Shown here in pieces: positions 25,905 through 35,574 of a stretch of DNA of 62,007 nt. Under the pieces are notes generated by a model that was not told the origin of the DNA, ran no database searches, and saw only the letters and a program-made list of their open reading frames with translations. The stretch is from positions 1 to 62,007 of IMG/VR virus record IMGVR_UViG_3300024979_000006; one strand, 5' to 3'. How positions within the stretch are numbered: the first letter of the stretch is position 1; every line of letters begins with the position of its first letter. This DNA is from a virus. Its lineage: Duplodnaviria; Caudoviricetes. A program made the translations under genes and the position numbers.

Positions 25905-26642
25905 TTATATCTCGCAAAATGTGCAACCTGACGTTGCGTTTCGTTCTTGTCCTGATTTTGATGTCCAAACGGACTTGCCAATTTGATTTTCTAATCGTAA
26001 AACAATTTCATATCGTTCAGCACCTACGGCATCTTGTTTGAAATCACGTTCTTTGTTTGCATCACCTGACGCCAGGCATGGGAAACAACCGACTCGATCT
26101 GAACCTTGTGAATATAGTGGATTGTATCGTCCGTTTAATTTTTCCAATACTTCTTCAGTTGTCCATTCAACAATCGGAAGTCTAAACATAACTCCACGTT
26201 TTTCTAAATATTTAGGAAACTCCGATTTCATAAAATCATGGGGTGCGATTAATTCTTCATTCAACCGCCCATAATATCGAGTTGCTCTTGCACTCGATTC
26301 TCCTGTTCTGACTCCAATCCAAACCTCAAAACCATGGCCTAGAATTAATGACAGATCAGCATAATAACGTTTAGCGGGTCTGATTTTTAAATCTCGTGTG
26401 CAAAATCGACTCCGCATGAGCGGAAATCGTTTGCGCTTCAAAACTTCTTCTTCAACCGATGACACGTTGGTGGTGACTATCGGCACGTTATAATGTTGTC
26501 GCATCCATTCGATGTGTTGGTATGTTAATGGATGTTCCCAACCTGTATCGTTAAATAAACAATGGACATCGCGATCTGTTTCTAAGGCAAGTTCCAAACA
26601 GCATTGCGAATCTTTACCGCCCGATAATGGTACTATTATCAT
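25905..26642 (-). CDS. PAPS reductase-like (adenine nucleotide alpha-hydrolase) protein
   Basis: SGGKDS PP-loop, DTGWEHP, RFCT..LK..P, GVR..ES..R, NPLY.QG.DRVGCFPC, C-terminal CxxC. Confidence 0.85.
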   Translation of the reverse strand: MIIVPLSGGKDSQCCLELALETDRDVHCLFNDTGWEHPLTYQHIEWMRQHYNVPIVTTNVSSVEEEVLKRKRFPLMRSRFCTRDLKIRPAKRYYADLSLILGHGFEVWIGVRTGESSARATRYYGRLNEELIAPHDFMKSEFPKYLEKRGVMFRLPIVEWTTEEVLEKLNGRYNPLYSQGSDRVGCFPCLASGDANKERDFKQDAVGAERYEIVLRLENQIGKSVWTSKSGQERNATSGCTFCEI

Positions 26643-29160
26643 TTATAATCCTTGCTATTAATTCATCTGCTTCTTTACGGGGTAACGCTTGCGCCGATAG
26701 CACATCTACGCCAAACGTTAGGTAAAATTGCCGCTGTGCTCGTGGTATGTCAGTCATCCCTGCCGCCCAGGTAGCTATTGCATCGCGTAGTTTATCCAGT
26801 GACGCAAGATGTTCTCTGTGCCGTTTGTCAATCGAGTTTACGATAACTTGTGTTGCGCCCCAGGGATACGTGGGTTCACCCCTAGTTTTATCGATATTGC
26901 CTTGCAGTTTGGCAATAAATTCGGGTGTCAGTAATTGCAGGTCCCCGTCTACATATTCAGGTGCTATACGACTAACAGGTGTTGCTGTATGACCGCAAAA
27001 CGGACACGTCATACCCTGAATACGCTCATAAACAGCGGTACATTCCGGGCAGGTTTTTACCTGAATTATGTCAGTGGGTGCAGAACGTCCCGATTTTTCG
27101 CGGGAGTCCAGCGTCCATTTAATTATTTTATCCGGTAAACCATGTCGCAACAGAATATTATTCACATGATCATTAATTATTCCACAGTTGTGAACGAGCA
27201 ATCCATTTGCAGTGTACCTTTGTAAAGTCCCTGCATTGATAATGTCCCATACTTCCCTTTTGGTTTGCAGGAAGGCGTATACCATCGCTGGATTATTTCC
27301 TCGTCTGTATAAATACGGATCAATCTGTTCAATGTCGAATCTGCGTAACGAATATGCGGATATTTTTCTCTGAAGTCGATAAAACGTTCTCGACACATCC
27401 CGTTTGATCTTCGAGTATTGTTTTGTTGTTTCGGTATAGTAACCCAATGAATATTCCCAGGTTCGTAATGACCGTTGTTGTTTATTCTGTCTAATTGAAT
27501 ATTTCGATTTTCTGGAATACCTAAATTTTTTGCTATCCAATGCGCGGCTTCGTTCGCAGACTCGAATTTGAATAATATCCCTCGTCCACCGTAATCCTTC
27601 CACCTGATGTTGTTTAAATTTTGACAACGATCTTGTTGCGCTTGACACCTTTGATATAGCCATTTTGGTACTGTTACAGGTTCTCGCTTGTTGCAATTTT
27701 GGCAAGCCTTTGTATTCGGACGTTTCCTCATATTGTGGTATAAGTGCATAAATTTGTGATTGCAGTTTTGACAACATACCTCTACTTTCAAACGATCCGA
27801 ACTTCCTTCTGTTTTGTTGGATATTATTATCAACGAACCGAATTGGAGTCCTACCAATTCCGGTATTAATAATCGAGAGCTGTCTAATAGCCGCTTCATA
27901 GAATGTTTTGAATCCTTCATTTGTCATAACCTCATGGTCTAATGTTGCAGTTAAACCAGAGTATGTAATTGTTGATTTTATACCCTGGCATATTGCACCT
28001 TGATGGCTTACGAATGATACGCCGTCCCAAACTTTATGGTCAAGTGTGATATTCTCAATATTTACTAAACCAACATCTGTTAATATTTTCGATCCTCTAG
28101 CAATACAGGTTTTACCATCCTTGCGACGCAACGCCCTGCCCATTTGTTGACGCGCCAATGCGAGGGAGAACGTGGGGCGTGTCATACTCACGACTTCGAT
28201 GGCCGGTAAATCGAATCCTTCACCGAACAGATCCACATTTGTGAGCTGTTTCAGATCACCTCGGCGCAACCTGGCGATACATGCCAACCGGTGCGCATCC
28301 GTGGATCGTGAACTAACCATTTCCGCAGGTATCCCCTTCTGCCTGAACGCGGCGGCTTGATCCTCGGCGCTTTCGATGTCTACGCAAAACGTAACGCCTA
28401 TCTTTCCGGCGGCGGTTTTTAAATATTGATCAACGGTATTGCCGTAAATCTTTTTACTCTTGTGCATGGCATCGCGCAAACCAGGTTGTGAATAATCACC
28501 ATCGGCGCCAAGTTTTACGGTACTTAAATCCATGTCGTCGGTTTGTGGCGCATAAATCATGTAATCCGACAGAAACCCACGACTAATTAAATCGCGCATC
28601 CCTGGCGCTTGTAGCATGACATCAAATAAACCGTCAGCATGACGCCCTAAGCCACGCCCGTCTGCCCGTTGCGGTGTAGCGGTAACGCCCAAGCCCTTGG
28701 CATTGGGAAACATATTAATAGCGCGGCCCCACTTATTTTTAACCAGAAGGTGATGGCACTCATCAAGAACCCACAAACCAACCTGTTTAAACCAACGATC
28801 AGCCGGATCCATCCGAATCAGCGTATCGACTCCAGCAACCGCGCATTGTGAATTAACATCGTAATAGGATCGTCCCGTTTCGGCCATGTGCAACTCGATA
28901 CATAAACCAATCACGTTTTTTGGTGCGATAACACGATGTCGGACACCATCGCGCGCCAACGCCAACGATATTTGTGAAACCAGTTCTTGCCGGTGAGCAA
29001 TCGCCACCGACGCACCTTGGAATTCGTGGATAATATGAGAAAAAATAACAGTTTTTCCAGATCCAGTCTCACTCACCGCACAAACGTTTTTATATCCTTC
29101 ATTCCAGGATTGATAAATTTCATCAACTAATTGTTGTTGAAAATCGAATAACTGAAACAT
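26614..29160 (-). CDS. SF2 (DEAH/RadD-like) helicase with intein
   Basis: TGSGKT, DECHH, TATP.RADG, LFGEGFDLP, QQMGRALR, C-terminal CPEC..CPFC. Confidence 0.93.
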   Translation of the reverse strand: MFQLFDFQQQLVDEIYQSWNEGYKNVCAVSETGSGKTVIFSHIIHEFQGASVAIAHRQELVSQISLALARDGVRHRVIAPKNVIGLCIELHMAETGRSYYDVNSQCAVAGVDTLIRMDPADRWFKQVGLWVLDECHHLLVKNKWGRAINMFPNAKGLGVTATPQRADGRGLGRHADGLFDVMLQAPGMRDLISRGFLSDYMIYAPQTDDMDLSTVKLGADGDYSQPGLRDAMHKSKKIYGNTVDQYLKTAAGKIGVTFCVDIESAEDQAAAFRQKGIPAEMVSSRSTDAHRLACIARLRRGDLKQLTNVDLFGEGFDLPAIEVVSMTRPTFSLALARQQMGRALRRKDGKTCIARGSKILTDVGLVNIENITLDHKVWDGVSFVSHQGAICQGIKSTITYSGLTATLDHEVMTNEGFKTFYEAAIRQLSIINTGIGRTPIRFVDNNIQQNRRKFGSFESRGMLSKLQSQIYALIPQYEETSEYKGLPKLQQARTCNSTKMAISKVSSATRSLSKFKQHQVEGLRWTRDIIQIRVCERSRALDSKKFRYSRKSKYSIRQNKQQRSLRTWEYSLGYYTETTKQYSKIKRDVSRTFYRLQRKISAYSLRRFDIEQIDPYLYRRGNNPAMVYAFLQTKREVWDIINAGTLQRYTANGLLVHNCGIINDHVNNILLRHGLPDKIIKWTLDSREKSGRSAPTDIIQVKTCPECTAVYERIQGMTCPFCGHTATPVSRIAPEYVDGDLQLLTPEFIAKLQGNIDKTRGEPTYPWGATQVIVNSIDKRHREHLASLDKLRDAIATWAAGMTDIPRAQRQFYLTFGVDVLSAQALPRKEADELIARIINDNSTIIGR
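27177..27920 (-). CDS. HNH homing endonuclease in an alternative frame inside the intein
   Basis: LVGLQFGSL.I, CCQNC..CQNC, RC.N.N...WKDYGGRGI, LDRINNNGHYEPGNIHW....QQNNTR; GAGGT RBS 8 nt before ATG 27920. Confidence 0.9.
   Translation of the reverse strand: MKDSKHSMKRLLDSSRLLIPELVGLQFGSLIIISNKTEGSSDRLKVEVCCQNCNHKFMHLYHNMRKRPNTKACQNCNKREPVTVPKWLYQRCQAQQDRCQNLNNIRWKDYGGRGILFKFESANEAAHWIAKNLGIPENRNIQLDRINNNGHYEPGNIHWVTIPKQQNNTRRSNGMCRERFIDFREKYPHIRYADSTLNRLIRIYTDEEIIQRWYTPSCKPKGKYGTLSMQGLYKGTLQMDCSFTTVE
27187..28107 (-). mobile_element. 307-aa intein in the helicase
   Basis: KT|CIARGSKILTDVGLVNIENI...LTATLDHEV...VWDIINAG...YTANGLLVHN|CGII; removal restores GKT-CGIINDHVNN. Confidence 0.93.
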
Positions 29161-29194
29161 TGTTAATTTACTCTCAAATAAATAGTGTGACGCA

Positions 29195-29260
29195 AGAATA
29201 CTGCATTAAAAAAATAATTGCAAATAATTATTGACTCTTGGGTAATTTATGAAATAAAAT
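29195..29260. promoter_or_regulatory. Back-to-back divergent sigma70 promoters
   Basis: Minus strand: TTGCAA (29218-23)-17-TATTCT (29195-200). Plus strand: TTGACT (29231-36)-18-TAAAAT (29255-60). Confidence 0.65.
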
Positions 29261-29299
29261 TTAGCCGTAGTTTAGATAAAATCAATAGGAGATAAAACA

Positions 29300-29902
29300 A
29301 TGTTACTGAAATTTGAAGTAGAAACAAATGAAGAATATGCAGTGAGAGATGCGCTAGATTTATTGCAGTATTTATGCAAAGAGTTTCCTAGATATGATGA
29401 CGAATACATCGTACTCAAACCAGAAAAACCCGCACCGGAACCTGAAGAAATTGCAATCCCAGGTCTCGATGTAGATTCTGAAGGTTTGCCATGGGACGCA
29501 CGGATTCATTCGTCGTCTAAAGCCAAGAACAAAGATGGCTCGTGGAAACGTATGCGTGGTGTTTCTGATGACGAGTTTTATAAAGTGGCGCAGGAGATAC
29601 GTGATACGCTATCAATATCTAATGATATAAACCCGATTTTTAGGGGTGAGTCTGGCGTATTGGATGAACCAAAACAATCTAACATCGACCCGTCAGAAAT
29701 ATTCAAACCGGCTGATGAACAACCAACACCAACCCCGACATATCTTGAACTCGTTTCGATTCTCGGCCAGGCAACTAAAGAAAACCGGATCGATAATACA
29801 AAAATTCAAGAAGCTGTTACTGGCGTCGGTTTGGCGGCGTTTACGCAATTGGCAGTTCGTATCGATTTAATTCCTGCGTTCATCACTAGATTAGGACTCT
29901 AG
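29300..29902 (+). CDS. Hypothetical replication-module protein
   Basis: AGGAG RBS; conserved-looking DSEGLPWDARIHSSSK..NKDGSWK..RGV. Confidence 0.8.
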   Translation: MLLKFEVETNEEYAVRDALDLLQYLCKEFPRYDDEYIVLKPEKPAPEPEEIAIPGLDVDSEGLPWDARIHSSSKAKNKDGSWKRMRGVSDDEFYKVAQEIRDTLSISNDINPIFRGESGVLDEPKQSNIDPSEIFKPADEQPTPTPTYLELVSILGQATKENRIDNTKIQEAVTGVGLAAFTQLAVRIDLIPAFITRLGL

Positions 29903-29904
29903 TC

Positions 29905-30996
29905 ATGGACACCAAAAAAGAATCGATAACCTATAGCAACCTGGCGCGTATGATGTCGTGCCTCGGTTCTGTAGATCTTATTCGAGAAAATACGATACCT
30001 GATACCGATAGAACAAATCGTGACGAGGGTATTGAAGCGCATCGTGTAGCTTTGCTGTTATATAACGAAACGCTTGAGAGTGCTAATGTTGAACAGGAAA
30101 TGATCGATGCTGCGCAAATTTATGTTGATGACATAAAACGTATCGAAAAACTTACAAACTGCCATGCGATTCTTGAAGGATTCCTAGCGGCGGCGACCTA
30201 TCATCCAGCACTTAAAGGCGTACCAGATGCGTGGTTGTTCGATAAGAAGAACAACACGATTTATATTTGGGATTTCAAATATGGGCATTCGTTTGTTAAT
30301 GAGTACCAAAACTGGCAATTAATTGGCGCGGCAATGGGCGCTTTGTCTAATTGCAATCATTCGACTAATCCAGCTATCGTACTAACCGTAGTACAACCAC
30401 GTTGTTATACAGGTAAGGGGCCTGTCAGACCATGGGTCACATCACAAAACGAACTGATTCCTTATTTTAGCAACGTGGTAAGCCGCATCAAAGCGTATTA
30501 TGAACCATTCTTAATACACGAATGTACAGTATCGCCGCTTTGTCGAAATTGCCCGGCTGGACACGTTTGTGATGCACTGTTGGACGCTTCTGCGTATGCC
30601 ATTCATCAGGCATACGATAACCTGCCCGTAGAACTGTCAGGCGATACATTGGGTCGTGAGTTGCAATCGTTAGAAGTTGCTGAATTGTTGCTCAAAGCTC
30701 GTATTGACGCATTGAAAAAAGACGCTGTTTATCGGTTAGAAAACGGCGAGCGAGTGCGTGGTTACGGTCTTGTAACTGACATGAGTCCGTTGCAATGGTC
30801 GTATGAGCAAGATACATTAATATCAATGGCCGAGTTACTTGGATTGGATGTTGTTAAGGTAGGTGTGAAAACGCCAACTCAGGTAAAAAACACAAAAGGG
30901 GTTGATCCCGCGTTAGTTGATTCATTAGCTGCGCGAGTACCAACCAAACCACAACTGAAACAGGATGGCGAAAAGTTATCGAGGATATTCAAATGA
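29905..30996 (+). CDS. Cas4-like PD-(D/E)xK exonuclease (DUF2800-like)
   Basis: C.GS, EG..AH, GVPDA, IWDFKYG, NWQL, VQPR, C.NCPA..C. Confidence 0.85.
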   Translation: MDTKKESITYSNLARMMSCLGSVDLIRENTIPDTDRTNRDEGIEAHRVALLLYNETLESANVEQEMIDAAQIYVDDIKRIEKLTNCHAILEGFLAAATYHPALKGVPDAWLFDKKNNTIYIWDFKYGHSFVNEYQNWQLIGAAMGALSNCNHSTNPAIVLTVVQPRCYTGKGPVRPWVTSQNELIPYFSNVVSRIKAYYEPFLIHECTVSPLCRNCPAGHVCDALLDASAYAIHQAYDNLPVELSGDTLGRELQSLEVAELLLKARIDALKKDAVYRLENGERVRGYGLVTDMSPLQWSYEQDTLISMAELLGLDVVKVGVKTPTQVKNTKGVDPALVDSLAARVPTKPQLKQDGEKLSRIFK

Positions 30997-31847
30997 GTAC
31001 GATTTTATTACCAATAAGTCGCATGATAGGCGGCGATTTATATACACCGCGCGTACAAACTGATGATCGTGGACAACCTGTTATCGGTAAGGATGGCAAA
31101 CCAAAAAGCTCATATCATGTCGGTATCGCAATTCCAAAAGGATCGGAACAACATTGGTCACAAACACCGTGGGGACAAATAATTTATCAAGAAGCGTTTG
31201 CCGCTTATGATCAGATGGCAAACTCTCCGCTGTTTTCATGGAAAATTACCGACGGGGATTCTGCGATACCCAACAAAAAAGGTAATGCGCCCAAAGATCA
31301 AACGGGCTATGCCGGCCACTGGGTACTGTGGTTTAACTCGTCGTTTGTAATAAAGATCGTGAACGCTGACGGTACACGCGACATTACCGATCAAGGTGCA
31401 TTGATACCGGGCTATTACTGTCAGGTATATATGGATGTTAAGCCAAACGGTTCTAAATCAAAACCGGCGCAAACACCTGGCGTTTATCTGAATCCATTAG
31501 TTGTGGCGTTATCTGGTTACGGTGAACCCATTGTAAATATAAGCGTAGACGCAAAATCGGTTGGTTTCGGCGGCGCTTTACCTCCTGGTGCGTCTGCTAC
31601 ACCCATTGCAGCTATGAGCTTCCCCGGACAACCGGCCCCTGCCCCTGGCGGCTTCTCCGGACAACCGGCCCCTGCCCCTGGCGGCTTCCCCGGACAACCG
31701 GCTCCTGCTCCAAATTACGCAATATTACAACCAGCGCCAATGAAAACGCTGACACCCGCGGCCAATGGCTGGACGTATGAACAGTTGATACAGGCTGGTT
31801 ACACTGATGAAACGTTAGTGCAACACGGCATGATGATTATTTCTTAA
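30993..31847 (+). CDS. Single-stranded DNA-binding protein (DUF2815-like)
   Basis: FSWKITDGDS, GYAGHWV, PGVYLN; Pro-rich tail. Confidence 0.75.
   Translation: MSTILLPISRMIGGDLYTPRVQTDDRGQPVIGKDGKPKSSYHVGIAIPKGSEQHWSQTPWGQIIYQEAFAAYDQMANSPLFSWKITDGDSAIPNKKGNAPKDQTGYAGHWVLWFNSSFVIKIVNADGTRDITDQGALIPGYYCQVYMDVKPNGSKSKPAQTPGVYLNPLVVALSGYGEPIVNISVDAKSVGFGGALPPGASATPIAAMSFPGQPAPAPGGFSGQPAPAPGGFPGQPAPAPNYAILQPAPMKTLTPAANGWTYEQLIQAGYTDETLVQHGMMIIS
31618..31711. repeat. 33-bp tandem repeat (FPGQPAPAPGG) x~2.8
   Basis: Seen directly in the SSB C-terminus. Confidence 0.9.
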
Positions 31848-31887
31848 ATATAGGGGAATATAGGGGATTAACGTCCCCTATATTTAA
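31844..31887. terminator. Hairpin with duplicated left arm after ssb
   Basis: ttaaatatagggga + atatagggga ... tcccctatatttaa. Confidence 0.6.
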
Positions 31888-31898
31888 TCGAGGATTTT

Positions 31899-32693
31899 AT
31901 GGGTAATGAGATATTAGTTTTATACCATGCAAATTGCATGGATGGTTTCGGCGCTGCATTTGCAGCCTGGTTAAATTTTGAAGATAAGGCCGACTATATA
32001 CAGGTTAAGTACGGCGATATGCCGCCTGATGTAACGAATAAGCAAGTTTACATACTTGATTTCAGTTATGACCGTGACACGTTACTTGCAATGCGCAATG
32101 TCGCGCATAGTGTGTTTATTATTGATCATCACAAAAGCGCTGAAAAAGAATTATCAGGATTACCTGATTGTATATTTAATATGAATAAATCAGGTGCCGT
32201 CCTTGCGTGGGAATATTTTAATTTTGAAGAAGCAGTGCCGTTGCTTCTGCGATATATCCAAGATCGTGATTTATGGCAATGGAATTTACCCAACAGCAAA
32301 GAGTTTTCAGCCGGTTTGCAAATCGAACCGCAAACGTTCTTAAATTTTGAATGGTTGCGTCATAGATCAGTAATAAAAGAAGTAATTAAAAATGGAGATG
32401 CGATTCTGCGTTACGAAAATATGCAAATCGACCGTATCTTGAACGATAACAGAGTTCATTTAATAAATATCGACGGCTGGATGGTTCCATCAATAAACAC
32501 AACCATGTATATCAGTGAAATAGGGCATCGTTTATGCGTCGGATTCCCGTTTGCTGTGATATATTTTTTCACGGATACGCATAAAATCGTATCGTTGCGA
32601 TCCGGTGATGACGGTATCGATGTTTCTGAAATCGCAAAAAAGTTCGGCGGCGGTGGGCATTATCACACGGCAGGTTATCGGGAATTACTGTGA
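31899..32693 (+). CDS. DHH/DHHA1 phosphoesterase (NrnB-like)
   Basis: YH.NCMDG, ILDFS, IDHHKSA, IQDRDLW, SLRS..DVSEIAKKFGGGGH..AG. Confidence 0.9.
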   Translation: MGNEILVLYHANCMDGFGAAFAAWLNFEDKADYIQVKYGDMPPDVTNKQVYILDFSYDRDTLLAMRNVAHSVFIIDHHKSAEKELSGLPDCIFNMNKSGAVLAWEYFNFEEAVPLLLRYIQDRDLWQWNLPNSKEFSAGLQIEPQTFLNFEWLRHRSVIKEVIKNGDAILRYENMQIDRILNDNRVHLINIDGWMVPSINTTMYISEIGHRLCVGFPFAVIYFFTDTHKIVSLRSGDDGIDVSEIAKKFGGGGHYHTAGYRELL

Positions 32694-32845
32694 TAAAACA
32701 AAGCATAATATGCTGGCTACACGGCTTTAAAACAAAAACCGGCGCTGAACCATGGCTTGTTAAACAACTTATCAAAGAGAATCGACGCTACCCGGTTGGT
32801 AGCCAGCGCAACCCTAGTTTTGACCAAATGAGGCATAACAAATGA
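32690..32845 (+). CDS. Small hypothetical protein (51 aa)
   Basis: GTGA and ATGA overlaps with both neighbours. Confidence 0.5.
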   Translation: MIKQSIICWLHGFKTKTGAEPWLVKQLIKENRRYPVGSQRNPSFDQMRHNK

Positions 32846-33273
32846 TAGAATTTAAATTACTAGCCGAGAATGCGCAAGCACCCCGTTACGCGACTCCTGG
32901 ATCCGCGGGTATTGATTTATTTGCAGCAATACCCGCACCAATTACAGTTTACCCTGGCGATAATGAATTGATTCTTACCGGCATTGCGGTCAGTATCAAC
33001 GACATTAATATCGTCGGTATTTTGTGCAGTCGGTCCGGTATGGGTTTGACACATAGAATGCGTCTCGGTAATGGCGTCGGTGTGATTGATTCTGATTATC
33101 AACAGGAAATTGGAGTAATACTTTACAACGACGGCGATTCTCCGTATTACGTAAACCCTGGCGCTAGAATCACGCAATTGTTATTCGTTCCAGTTATAAA
33201 AACGGATATTATGGTTGTGTCTGAATTTAGCGTGAACTCTGATCGCGGCGGATTTGGTAGCACAGGTGCCTAG
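32842..33273 (+). CDS. dut: dUTPase (trimeric)
   Basis: SAGIDL, SRSGMG, GVIDSDY, RITQL, RGGFGSTG. Confidence 0.95.
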   Translation: MIEFKLLAENAQAPRYATPGSAGIDLFAAIPAPITVYPGDNELILTGIAVSINDINIVGILCSRSGMGLTHRMRLGNGVGVIDSDYQQEIGVILYNDGDSPYYVNPGARITQLLFVPVIKTDIMVVSEFSVNSDRGGFGSTGA

Positions 33274-35359
33274 ATTAATTTGTGAATCGTGTGGCTATGG
33301 TTATCCGGTTTCGGATGATCGTTGCTATTGGTGCGGCACTGATTCAACGTTTGCGTACACGTTGAATCAGTCTGTCGTAGTTGATACAGAATGCTACGTT
33401 AATTACTGGCTGTGCCGGTTTAACAACGGCATCGAGTTTCAAATGTATCCAGGTTTGCCATTAGATATTGACGGATTACGATGCGAATTGAGTCGATACA
33501 CGATTATTACATTTAATGGTATCGGTTACGATTTGATTATAATCGAGGCGGCATTATCAGGTTATGATAACCGGCAGTTAAAGGAGTTATCCGACAAGAT
33601 TATCCTAACCAATGAACGGATTTATTCAAAAGATATGCGATGGGTTGATCATATCGACTTAATGAACGTGGCGCCCGGTAAAGGTTCATTGAAAGCGTAT
33701 GGCGGCAAAATGCACACGCGGCGTTTGCAGGATCTACCCATAGAACCCAATGCCAGTATTGAATGGCCTCAACGTGCGCAACTGCGCGAGTATTGCGCTA
33801 ACGATACGCAGGTTACACAAGAATTGTTTGACAGGTTCAAGTCTCAGATTCAACTGCGTGTCGATATAGGTGCCGAGTATGGCATCGATGTCAGAAGCAA
33901 AAGTGACCCACAAATAGCTGAAGCGGTAATGAAAAAAATATTGCCGTTTAAGGTTGAGATACCACAAAGCATACCGGGTACATTGTTTTATTATCGACCG
34001 CCCGAATGGTTATCATTTATGAATCTGGATCTCATTGAGCGTTTGAACCAATTGCCGTTTGTGATTAATGAATCCGGTAACGTATCGCCACATTACAACG
34101 CTGATTTTATCGATTGGGGTGATACGCAAACCCGCCTGAATATTACCGGGCAGTTTGTCAAACGTCCTAAAGACTGGGAACCTACGCGATTAGTGATCGG
34201 CAACACGGCCTACACCATAGGCATAGGCGGTTTGCATTCCAATGAATCAAGCGTGATGCACATAACTGACGAAAATTACGTATTACGAGATCACGATGTC
34301 GTATCATATTATCCAAGTTTAATTTTACGTACCGGCATTAGTCCTGTGCAGATTGGTTCAAAGTTTCTGGAAATTTATGCTGACTGGTATCATCGTCGTC
34401 TGGATGCTAAAGCCAAGAAAGATAAGAAAACCGCAGATAGCCTTAAAACGTTTTTAAACGGCACATTCGGAAAATTGATGTCGAAGTATTCTATTTTCTA
34501 CGCGCCGACTGAACTTTTGCAGGTAACAATAACCGGGCAGTTGGCAATTCTGATGCTGATCGAACAAATGGAATACAACGGCATCCCGGTAATATCCGCT
34601 AATACGGATGGTATTGTTTTAAAATGTCCACGACATTTAGAATGGCTGGCTGATAGTGTGCTTAAAAATTGGGAGGCTATTACAGAATTTGAAACCGAAC
34701 GCACCGATTACACGTTATTGGCATCGCGTGATGTGAACTCATACTGTGCAATCAAACCAGATGGCGAAGTAAAATTAAAAGGCGCATTGGCTCCGGCTGA
34801 ACCTGGCGCAAGTGGCTGGCCGAACCCTACCGGACAAATATGCGTTACTGCCGCCGTTGAGTACCTTAAAAATGGTGTTAGCGTCGAGAAAACCATAAAA
34901 GCATGTAATGATATTCGAGAGTTTATTTATGTCCGTGCTGTCGAAGGTGGTGGCGTGTTGAATACCGAACCCTATTTGCCGAACAAAACGACTCAGATTA
35001 AAATGGATGAATTATTGCGGTTGAATGGATGGGGTTGTATCGACATGGCTGATCGATTCAAGTCAAAATGGGTATATGCGAAAGATGGTGTTTTTCTGGA
35101 AATGGTAGACGCCTATAATCGACTTGTCGAGGAATCGAGATCCATATCTGAATATTTGGGTAAAATTGTGCGCTGGTATATGTGCTATGATAGCAAATCA
35201 TGGATTCAATATAAAAACTCAGGGAACCAAGTACCGCGAACTCAAGGATGCAAGCCTATTATGGATATACCTGATACGTTGCCGGTCGATATTGATTACG
35301 ATTGGTATATTAAAGAAACCTACGATTTATTAACCGATATTGGAGCAATAAAATTATGA
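33254..35359 (+). CDS. Family B DNA polymerase with 3'-5' exonuclease
   Basis: ExoI DTEC, ExoII FNG..YD, ExoIII YC.ND; DVVSYYPS, K..LNGTFGK, SANTDG; N-terminal CxxC..CxxC; start may be GTG 33266. Confidence 0.92.
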   Translation: MVAQVPRLICESCGYGYPVSDDRCYWCGTDSTFAYTLNQSVVVDTECYVNYWLCRFNNGIEFQMYPGLPLDIDGLRCELSRYTIITFNGIGYDLIIIEAALSGYDNRQLKELSDKIILTNERIYSKDMRWVDHIDLMNVAPGKGSLKAYGGKMHTRRLQDLPIEPNASIEWPQRAQLREYCANDTQVTQELFDRFKSQIQLRVDIGAEYGIDVRSKSDPQIAEAVMKKILPFKVEIPQSIPGTLFYYRPPEWLSFMNLDLIERLNQLPFVINESGNVSPHYNADFIDWGDTQTRLNITGQFVKRPKDWEPTRLVIGNTAYTIGIGGLHSNESSVMHITDENYVLRDHDVVSYYPSLILRTGISPVQIGSKFLEIYADWYHRRLDAKAKKDKKTADSLKTFLNGTFGKLMSKYSIFYAPTELLQVTITGQLAILMLIEQMEYNGIPVISANTDGIVLKCPRHLEWLADSVLKNWEAITEFETERTDYTLLASRDVNSYCAIKPDGEVKLKGALAPAEPGASGWPNPTGQICVTAAVEYLKNGVSVEKTIKACNDIREFIYVRAVEGGGVLNTEPYLPNKTTQIKMDELLRLNGWGCIDMADRFKSKWVYAKDGVFLEMVDAYNRLVEESRSISEYLGKIVRWYMCYDSKSWIQYKNSGNQVPRTQGCKPIMDIPDTLPVDIDYDWYIKETYDLLTDIGAIKL

Positions 35360-35574
35360 AAATGGCAAAAGGCATTCAGGCATATCATCGCGCACTTCAA
35401 ATGATCATGGAGGTTAGCGGTATCAGTATTGATCAGGCGCGTCATCATGTGATATATGTTGAACCATCAGGTAAGGGCAAAGGTGCAAGGCGGTCTGGTG
35501 CTATACATGCTCACATGAATAAAGTACGACGCGCCCGAAAAGTAGCGAACGTCAAAGCAAGATCCAAAAAATGA
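35356..35574 (+). CDS. Small basic hypothetical protein
   Basis: ATGA-coupled to the polymerase gene; GGAG RBS. Confidence 0.65.
   Translation: MKMAKGIQAYHRALQMIMEVSGISIDQARHHVIYVEPSGKGKGARRSGAIHAHMNKVRRARKVANVKARSKK

Noticed and set aside
29905-30996. CRISPR-associated cas4
   Set aside because: The context (SSB, polymerase) is the usual phage DUF2800-like recombination exonuclease.
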